Part shown: positions 55,238-64,000 of the stretch, piece by piece
How the letters are laid out: the number at the start of each line of letters is the position of its first letter
Position numbering within the stretch: position 1 is the first letter of the stretch
Assembly (NCBI GenBank): GCA_964016885.1
Contig: OZ024741.1
Span: 86,676,001 to 86,740,000, forward strand
Direction of reading: 5' to 3'
Origin: Eledone cirrhosa
Taxonomy: Eukaryota
DNA length: 64,000 nt
Translations under genes and position numbers: made by a program
Notes under the pieces: generated by a model
Told to the model about the DNA's origin: nothing
The model's input: the letters and a program-made list of their open reading frames with translations, nothing else
The model's database searches: none

Positions 55238-57740
55238 TTAGACCACATAGAACAATATGCAGATGAAAGGGGTGGACAAACGAGCTGCTACCAGAGTAAA
55301 AGATAACAATATAGCGAGGAACACTGGGAAACCTCTATAATAATTTTTTAGGCAAGCGAGCACGCTCGCAGCGTTACCTGGGGTGATGGCGAGGATGAGG
55401 TGCTGGAACAACCAAGTGCCCTCACGAGCATCACCAGTTACCGCTGTATGGTGAACCGTCAGTGAAGCTAAGAATAAACAGGAAATCACAGCATCTCATG
55501 CAAATGTTTCAGGGTTCTGGTGGACAAAACGAAGAATGTGTTACCCCAGGGGCGGTTGGTGGCAGAAATAGTGCTTGTTCTTGTGGCTGGTCATCTTTAT
55601 CCTTATCAGAGTGAGTAGACAGGTGGTATGGAAGCCCAGGACATCAGATATTTCCATCACTATAGATCTGATAAGAAACTTATCAGGGAATGTAAACTTT
55701 GTTAGCTTGAGATCTTCAACCTGTCAGGTGACAAACCCTGGATCTGTCATTGCTCACTAGGTTGCTGTAGGTCATATCCTAGATTGATGGTTTCTCTCCT
55801 CAGTTTAATTCTGCAGTGGGAAAATCAACTGTCCAAATCACACGAAATGATAACATTGAGATTAGCATATCAAGGGAAACAAATGGAATCTCAAAATGTA
55901 TACTGTAGAGCCATAATGGCATTTGTGTTGCTCACAAATTTGGAAAACAAACCTGAAAAGAAACGCCTATTCAGAGACAGTTATTGTCTGACTGGGTACC
56001 AGTTGACTGAAGGTATGCGGTATCCATCCAAGCACTACTAGGGGGCAGGGCTGAGACATGCTGGTCAAACAGGTACATTAGGTTGTCCAAGACTTTATGG
56101 TGTCCCATTTATGTTGGACTAATGGGACTTCTGCAGGATGAAGGCCAAGTTAGGTAATTGTGGTAGGCTCTGCAGTGTTGTGGAGAACATTAAGGGCAAT
56201 GATAATTTAATGAGAGACAGAAGATCAAGGCAGGAAGGGAGACTTGCTGCCATCCAGTTTCGATGAAATGGAGGTTGCATATACCACACCAGATGGATTT
56301 ATTTTTAGTTCAGTGAAAAATTGGCTGCAATAAGGTATGCTGTGAAATGTATACATCAGAATATTGTCAGAGCTGCAATATCATAGGCAGATGTTAGTTA
56401 CGAGATATTATCATTAACTCCTAATATCCTTGACTACATGAAAAACCACATTAGCAAAACAATGCTGTAAATGCATCACATTAAAAATAGTCTTTACTCT
56501 AATAGTGCAAATATTTGATCCAAAAGACTGTTATTAACTCAATGTCTCGTACCACAGAAGACTACATTAGCAAGACATTCTAGAAAAGTACTAAACAGCA
56601 CAATGACTGCACCACATAAAAGATTGTTTTTACTCTAATCAAATTTTCATATCATTCTGTCCACTAGTAAAAATCAGAGGTTATAGAAAAATAAAGAGTT
56701 GAAGGCACTCTTGTTCCTAAGCAGTAAAGTAGACATGAAAGCATGTCACCTACAAACATAAAGCTGACACAGAAGAGGATAGAGAATTTCATTCACTTCC
56801 CTGTTGGAACTAGTCCATGTTGGAAAGGAGATGTTACCTACCAGAGAAGAAAGGAAGAGACAGAGACGAGCATTTACATAGACCTAGGCCCTCGAAACAT
56901 TTGGTCATTGCAGCATGGTCACAAGATTTTGGAGTCTGGCATAGACCACGCATTCAAGTTTCCTCAAGATTAGGTTGTCAAAACATTGCAGAGACGACAA
57001 GAATCCATATGAGTGACTGATTCTGAGCATATACAACTTAGGAATTAATAGGTAATTCCTATTGGGGCTTGATTACCACAATGCTTTTCAGTAATTACGG
57101 AAGGTTGCCATCTTGAAAGCTAGGTCAGTAATTGGGGCTCCTAGGGAGCACCATACTGATAGGGGAAGGATTCATTGAATAGATTTATAGTCAGCTGACG
57201 TGAAACTGAGTAGTTGAAGATCCAGTGCTTGCATTTGGCACTGTTGATATGTAGGCCTCTATGACCAACTTCCTCAATCACTGTCTTTGTAAATACCATC
57301 AAGATACAAGACATGCAAAACCAAGTCAGCCCCTATCTTAGTAACATCGTTAATGTCCAATGCAAATAGAGCAGGTCCGAGTTGACCGCCTCGTTGGACT
57401 CCCGAGGTGGAGAGTATCAATTGGTTACCAAAAGAGAGATAGGAGGGCTCCCGATAAGCAAAGATGTAGGGCTTGGTGGTCCTCTCCATAATTAAGCTGA
57501 AGATGACATCACGACTAATAGAGTGAAATGCCTTCTTGAGATCATGTATGAGGACAACATTAGGGATCTCAGAAAGAAAGTTGGTGAAAAACCCACATTG
57601 GTACCCACTCCCAGCTGAAGGGAAAATTCTGTAGACAGGTGGACTGAGACCGATGTCAAAGACACTTATGTGATGAACTGTATCAGAGTATTTCCAAATG
57701 CAATGGGGGCGAAGGTCGCCATTGAGTTTTACAAAGCTGA
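55238..57740 (-). mobile_element. Decayed, interrupted copy of the CRE-like family (3' end 55238-55490; RT part ~56790-57740)
   Basis: WLFQHLILAITPGNAASVLACLKN and AYREPSYLSFGNQLILSTSGVQRGGQLGPALFALDINDVTK match the 1394-4511 element. Confidence 0.8.
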
Positions 57741-58074
57741 ACCAGCGACCAATATAAACTGAAACTAAAACAAAAATAATTATTTTAAATTTTCAGAAAG
57801 CGAAACAACTAATATTTTCAAATATATATATTTTTTCTTGAATTTTAAAAAGTTTCTTTCTTTCATTTTTTTTCTGTAATCAAAAACTGATTAGGATTAC
57901 GATATTTACAGATGAGTACATTTTTGATATAAATATGCTTGCATGTGCAATGAAATAAAAAAAAAAGATTGTTCGTTTCGGTTATTCAAGGCAGCCAATA
58001 TATTTTTTTTTACATTCACCATTATTGTTAGTTATATTTTCAATTGCGTTAGTTTTAAAAGTTCTACCTAAATA

Positions 58075-58262
58075 TTATTGGCAGTATCGGTGGAGGGTCA
58101 GACGTCATGCTTTGCAGCATAGAGTTACACCCCTTTAAAGTCTGAGTTCAAATCCCGCCCAAGTTAACTTTACCTTTCATCCTTACCAGGTCGATAAAAT
58201 ATATCACCAGTAATGCACTGAGATAATTGCTGGCCTTGTGCCAAAAGTAGAAACAATTATTA
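58075..58262 (+). mobile_element. tRNA-derived SINE, family A
   Basis: tggcagtatcggtggag...gagttcaaatccc...cctttcatccttacc. Confidence 0.75.
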
Positions 58263-59324
58263 ATATTTGTAATAAAAGAAAATTTTGGAAGTGAGGGACG
58301 GTTGAAATATCGGAAGTATCATTGATTATTTGGGAACAACAATCTACCTCGAATCATTAGAGAGTGTGATACCTCAGACCTAACAAACCAAATAACATTT
58401 ACAAATGTTATTGTTGTTTAGTCTCGGCTCAAATTTGATTCCAAATTAAATGACATTATGGAAATTGAATTATGCTAAATGACAACAGGACACAGAGGAC
58501 TTCGATCGCAAAAGAACAAGAATGAGATAGATGTATGTAACAAAAATTTGAGATCGGAAAGATAACCTAAATTTCTAAAACTAAATAATATAAGTAGTAT
58601 TAAGTATTTAGCCTTCATTGTTGAGTTCGCTGAGATGTAAGTAAATATTTCTAATATTTAATTTCTGACGTAAAAGTGTTTTTCCAAGAGAGAGTTAATG
58701 AAAACTGATGATAAATAATAAAAAAAAAAGGCTGCAAATAACGAAGCTATTAATTATTATTTCAAGTCTAAGTACGTAACAGCGTATAAATATTAATTAA
58801 ATACATTTCGTGGTTTCGTATATTATTTTTTAATCACTGAAATTTACTTTCTGTTTGTAAGAGCTAAGTATCTTGGTTATAGACATAATTGATATGTTCG
58901 TGACAATTAACTGAACAGTCTTCAGGTATATGTGATAGTTTTGACAAATATACTTTACATTAAACCTTAGCCTAAATTTTAATGTAATATGTAGCGACAC
59001 TTTCTCTAGTGGTAACCTAGTGAATTCGGTGACAGACATAAGTTTCGTTCCTTGAGAAGCTGAAGATCGCAAGCTGTTGAAGTATCGACAGATTTGCCGT
59101 TGAATCTGTAGCCGTGGACACTTTCGGCATCCTTTGTCACAGTACGACACCCTTACTCACTGCTATAGGAGGGGTAGGGGAATTGGTCAGCCACATGAGT
59201 GAGCACTGTAAGCTGGAATAGCTATCTTCCGGGATTTTCTCCATTCTGTCCGCTGGGACCAAGCGGCGGCTTGCGTCAGGATTTCTGTATACCAGAATCC
59301 CACATTCTCTAGGTTCGTATTATT

Positions 59325-59692
59325 CGGTGGATTGGCAGTATCGGTAGAGGGTCGGACGCCATGCTTTCCAGCATAGTTACGTCCCTTCACGATTTGAGTT
59401 CAAATCCCGCCGAGGTTGACTTTGCCTTTCATCCTTACGAGGTCGATAAAATAACGTACCAGTAATGCACTGGGTATTTTCTGGCTTGTGCCTAAAGTAG
59501 AAACAATTATTAGTGTAGCGAAAGGGCGGTGGATTGCCAGTATTGGTAGAATGTCGAAAATCATGCTTTGCAGCAAAGAGTTATGCCCCTTTACGGTCTG
59601 AGTTCAAATACCGCCGAGGTTAACTTTGCCTTTTATCTTTACGGGGTCGATAAAATAAAGTACCAGTAATCCACTAGTAGAAACAATTATTA
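59325..59692 (+). mobile_element. Two tandem family-A SINEs (59325-59512, 59523-59692)
   Basis: Both have head, B-box gagttcaaat, body and end gtagaaacaattatta. Confidence 0.8.
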
Positions 59693-59809
59693 GAGTAGTG
59701 ATGGTATAGGTTACGGGAGATATATAGAATACACGTGATTTGGAATAAAAAAAAATTTCCGAAAAGAAAACACACATACAGACACATATCTATGTTCTTT
59801 CATTACGCT

Positions 59810-60137
59810 CACTCATTTCGAAAAAAACCTTTTTTTTTTTCAAATTACGTCCGTTACATCGGTTCGTTGTAATCAAATCCAGCAGGAAAAAAATGTTTCA
59901 CTCACCATATTCTCCAAAACTTGCTCCTTCTGATTATCATTTGTTTAGGAATTTACATAATCATTTTGATAGACTGAAATTAACACCAAGAGAGGAGGGT
60001 AAAAATTAGTTAGTCCTCTAATGAATATGGTTATTGAAAACAATGGAGATTATGATTAAATGCAATCCTAAATACCACTATTTTGATCTTCAAAATACAT
60101 GTTAAAATCTGACAGAACTTTTATTCAAACCAAGTAT
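59810..60137 (+). mobile_element. mariner transposase 3' relic
   Basis: 59898-59966 translates HSPYSPKLAPSDYHLFRNLHNHF. Confidence 0.7.
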
Positions 60138-60300
60138 ATATAATGTTATAGAAGCTGCAAGTGTAGCTATAGTCTGCAAATATACAAACTTCAGGCATGA
60201 ATGTATGATATAAAGTTGAGTTATTCAGGTAATGGTTTATATCTACAGTTTATTTATATGGAAATATAATAAGATTTCAATTGTTTAATCTCTATCTTTT

Positions 60301-60360
60301 AACTACCCCTTATTTCTTTCTTTTCCTTTTTAACTACCCCATATTTCTTTCTTTTCTTAG
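60301..60360 (+). promoter_or_regulatory. Candidate 3' splice site of a 5'-UTR intron of the zinc-finger gene
   Basis: Duplicated taactacccc...tttctttcttttc polypyrimidine tract ending ttag at 60360, ~390 nt before the ATG. Confidence 0.4.
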
Positions 60361-60751
60361 AATATCAGATGACATTGCTAGAATATTTTCTAGTAGACCT
60401 TCATCAATATTATCGTCTTTTAAGGATCAAAAGAAGATGTATTGTTTATATAAATTGCTGGTAGTATTACTATAAAGTACTTGTTTGGAACCGACATTAA
60501 TAGCACATTGCTCTACTTCACAGTCTTCAATGTATATCAGATGATTTGCCATTCTTGAAAAAAAATTCAATGGAGTTTGCAACATCTTCAGATATTGATA
60601 AACATCATAGTTGATGTATCAGTAAAAATAATTGTAAAGAATGAAATATAAATACAAAAAGAAGAAAATTATCCATGTATTGTGTTGAGAAAAATGATGG
60701 TAAAATTAATTACATAAGAAACTTAAAGGATGGATATTTTTTCCTGAAAAA

Positions 60752-62350
60752 ATGGCAAAAGAAATAAAAAAACCTCAATACCACTGTGATATCTGTGGTA
60801 AATCCTTCTCTGGAAATAGTGACCTGACTAAACATAAACGGATTCATACAGGAGAGAAGCCCTTTCACTGTAATATTTGTGGTAAATCATTCTCTCAAAA
60901 AGGTAATATAAATAGTCACAAACGGATTCATACAGGAGAGAAGCCCTTTCACTGTGTTATTTGTGGTAAATCATTCTCTTCAAAATCTAACTTAACTGTT
61001 CACAAACGGAGTCATACAGGAGAGAAGCCATATCATTGTGATATCTTAATTAAACACAGACGTATTCATACAGGAGAGAAACCATATCGCTGTGATATCT
61101 GTGGTAAATCATTCTCTGAAAGTGGTGTCTTAATTAAACACGTACATATTCATACAGGGAAGAAATCATATCACTGTGATATCTGTGATAAATCATTCTC
61201 TCAACATCATTACTTAGCTAGACATAAATACATTCATACAGGAGAAAAACCATATCACTGTGATATCTGTGGTAAATCCTTCTCTGCAAATAGTGACCTG
61301 ACTAAACATAAACGGATTCATACAGGAGAGAAGCCCTTTCACTGTAATATTTGTGGTAAATCATTCTCTCAAAAAGGTAGCGTAAATAGTCACAAACGTA
61401 TTCATACAGGAGAGAAACCATATCGCTGTGATATCTGTGGTAAATCATTCTCTGAAAGTGGTGTCTTAATTAAACACATACAAATTCATACAGGGAAGAA
61501 ATCATATCACTGTGATATCTGTGATAAATCATTCTCTCATCAGTACTTAGCTAGACATAAATACATTCATACAGGAGAAAAACCATATCACTGTGATATC
61601 TGTAGTAAATCCTTCTCTGGAAATAGTGACCTGACTAGACATAAACGTATTCATACTGGAGAAAATCGATATCACTGTGATATCTGTGGTAAATCATTTT
61701 ATGCAACTGATAACTTAACTAAACACAGACGGACTCATACGGGAGAAAAACCATATCACTGTGATATCTGTGGTAAATCATTTTCTGTATCTTGTAACTT
61801 AACTAATCACAAACGGACTCATACAGGAGAAAAACCATATCACTGTGATATCTGTGGTAAATCATTTTCTCTATCTTCTAACTTAACTAAACACAAACGG
61901 ACACATACAGGAGAAAAACCATATCACTGTGATATCTGTGGTAAATCATTTTCTCTATCTTGTAGCTTAACTAATCACAAACGGACTCATACAGGAGAAA
62001 AACCATATCACTGTGATATCTGTGGTAAATCATTTTCTCTATCTTGTAACTTAACTAATCACAAACGGACTCATACAGGAGAAAAACCATATCACTGTGA
62101 TATCTGTGGTAAATCATTCTCTCTTTCTAGTCACTTAGTAAGTCACAAACGAACTCATACAGGAGAGAAACCATATCACTGTGTTATCTGTGGTAAATCA
62201 TTTTCTGTATCTTGTGACTTAACTAAACACAAACGAACTCATACAGGAGAGAAACCATATCACTGTGTTATCTGTGATAAATTCTTCTCCAGTCGTGATT
62301 ATTTATCTAAACACAAATATATTCATATTGGAAAAAAACAATTTCACTGA
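60752..62350 (+). CDS. C2H2 zinc-finger protein, 532 aa, 18 intact fingers plus one internally deleted finger, no effector domain visible
   Basis: Uninterrupted ORF of [11 protein letters not shown]...[10 protein letters not shown] repeats; ATG in aaaATGG context. Confidence 0.9.
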   Translation: MAKEIKKPQYHCDICGKSFSGNSDLTKHKRIHTGEKPFHCNICGKSFSQKGNINSHKRIHTGEKPFHCVICGKSFSSKSNLTVHKRSHTGEKPYHCDILIKHRRIHTGEKPYRCDICGKSFSESGVLIKHVHIHTGKKSYHCDICDKSFSQHHYLARHKYIHTGEKPYHCDICGKSFSANSDLTKHKRIHTGEKPFHCNICGKSFSQKGSVNSHKRIHTGEKPYRCDICGKSFSESGVLIKHIQIHTGKKSYHCDICDKSFSHQYLARHKYIHTGEKPYHCDICSKSFSGNSDLTRHKRIHTGENRYHCDICGKSFYATDNLTKHRRTHTGEKPYHCDICGKSFSVSCNLTNHKRTHTGEKPYHCDICGKSFSLSSNLTKHKRTHTGEKPYHCDICGKSFSLSCSLTNHKRTHTGEKPYHCDICGKSFSLSCNLTNHKRTHTGEKPYHCDICGKSFSLSSHLVSHKRTHTGEKPYHCVICGKSFSVSCDLTKHKRTHTGEKPYHCVICDKFFSSRDYLSKHKYIHIGKKQFH

Positions 62351-62899
62351 TATCTGTGGTCAATCACTTTCTTATACAAGTAACTTAACTAAACACCAGT
62401 ACAATGATACAGATTAAAGTCATATAACTGATATATGTGGTAAATCATTTTCTCAAAACCTTTTCTTTACCTATACAGGAGAGTAATTCTGTAGTGAAAT
62501 TGTACACTAGGTAGTTTGTTATTGCATGATCTATGGCTATTTTCATATTGTTTGCATTGCCATATTAATAGTCATTAATTTTGGACCAACTGACCAGGAA
62601 CAGTAGATCTTTGGTTGGTGCTGCCAGCTTGTGTACTCTCAGTTGATCACAGACTTTGAAATGTAATGTACCTTGATTACATAGGAAATGAAATATATAA
62701 ACCACAATAACACAAAGCTGCTATGCTACTAATTTATTAAATATAACTATTGCCAAAGTTATATGACAATACATGAAGAACAAATAACCACAGATGAAAT
62801 GTGTGATGTTATGTATCAGGATGATGTGTATGCGTGTTTGCTTGCAAAATTATTATTAAAAATGTATTTACCAAACTTCTGTTGATGGGATGAATTTCG

Positions 62900-63915
62900 C
62901 TGGCTTGGCTGAGAGAGAAAGAGCAGATAAGACGCACAGTGTCTGTGTAAAGCAGTGGAGATGGTGCTTCAGCTTTACCAACAGTACAAAGGTGGGCAGC
63001 TGGATTTAAGAGGGGAAGGAAGAGCCTTGAAGATAATCCAATATCTGGACGCCTTGCAACTGTCACTACAGAGGAAAACATTGATTGTGTTCATCACATG
63101 AAGAAGGATGACAAATGATTGACTATAAATCAAATAGCCAATGGTATATCACATGGGAGAGTTGAGAATATTCTGCACAATAAACTTGGCATGACGAAGG
63201 TTTCTGCTCAGTAGGGGCCACGTCTTCTGATACCTGATCAAAAGTTCACCAGGCTGGTGAACAGGAAAATCTGACATTGTTTGAGGCAGATCCAGATGGT
63301 TTCTTTAAATGTTTCCTAATCCGGAAGGAGTGTTGGGTTCATCACTTTGAGCCAGAAAGAAAGAGACAATCTATGCAGTGGTAACACCCCTCCTCGCCTG
63401 CTCCAAAGAAGGCCAGGGTCATTTCATTTGCAGGGAAGGTGGTGGTTTCAGTTTTGGAGGATGCAAAAAGCATTGTGTTTTTTGACTATCTTCAAAAGGG
63501 CCTTGCTGAGGCAGTTATGAAAGGCTATCAAGACCAAACACCCAGGAAAACTAATGAAAGGGGGTCTTGTTTCCTCAGGACAATGCTCCAGCACACAAGT
63601 CCTCGATTTCAAAGACTAGTGTACATGACTGGTTGATTACCCTCCCTATTCTCTTGATTTGGCTCCATTTAACTATCATTATTCCCCAACATGAAAAAAC
63701 ACTTGGCTGGTAACCAGTATCACAATGATGATGATATCATATCTGTTGTTGACTAATTTTTTCACCAACAGGATGAAAGTTTTTTCACCAATGGTATCCA
63801 TGCACTGCAAAATCCATGGAAGAAGTTTGTGGACTATGTTGAAAAATAAGCCTTATTTGGTTACATTTCGCAAGAGTATCTTGGTCAGCCTATGAACTTT
63901 TAAACCAATCCTCAT
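62900..63915 (+). mobile_element. Decayed mariner transposon
   Basis: Degenerate CWVHHFEPERKRQSMQW, QDNAPAH and PPYSLDLAP motifs with stops and frameshifts; probable right TIR near 63890-63915. Confidence 0.8.
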
Positions 63916-64000
63916 ATTCTAGATCAAAATCTAGATGTGATGGAGCAAAACTGATTCCTTATTCAGAAAGAGCACCCTAAAATTAGCTTAAATCACCTGA

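Overview
AT-rich, repeat-dense animal genomic DNA. The C2H2 zinc-finger style, RTE LINEs with (ATC)n tails and tRNA-head SINEs suggest an octopus or other coleoid cephalopod (inference). The left 36 kb holds the first eight coding exons of CDK5 on the minus strand (36170 down to 6562, 650 nt, all GT-AG, frame continuous); the last exons appear to lie left of the window. Its introns contain a near-full-length CRE-like RT+RLE retrotransposon with a PHD finger hidden by compensating frameshifts, many RTE fragments, SINEs sharing the RTE tail, TTAA-flanked MITEs, a DD37D maT transposon and non-autonomous Helitrons. Upstream of CDK5 is a decayed Penelope-like element with a candidate minimal hammerhead ribozyme. 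Next is the most unusual structure, an ~8.3 kb array (41982-50307) of about 12 chimeric non-autonomous Helitron-like units. These are joined CTAG|TC head-to-tail through seven copies of a symmetric CTAG...CTAG palindrome that seems to act as a 3' end in both directions. The right end has two C2H2 zinc-finger genes: one disrupted by a frameshift, a stop and an RTE insertion, and one intact 532-aa ORF. All calls come from reading the sequence by eye; repeat boundaries are approximate unless termini are quoted.
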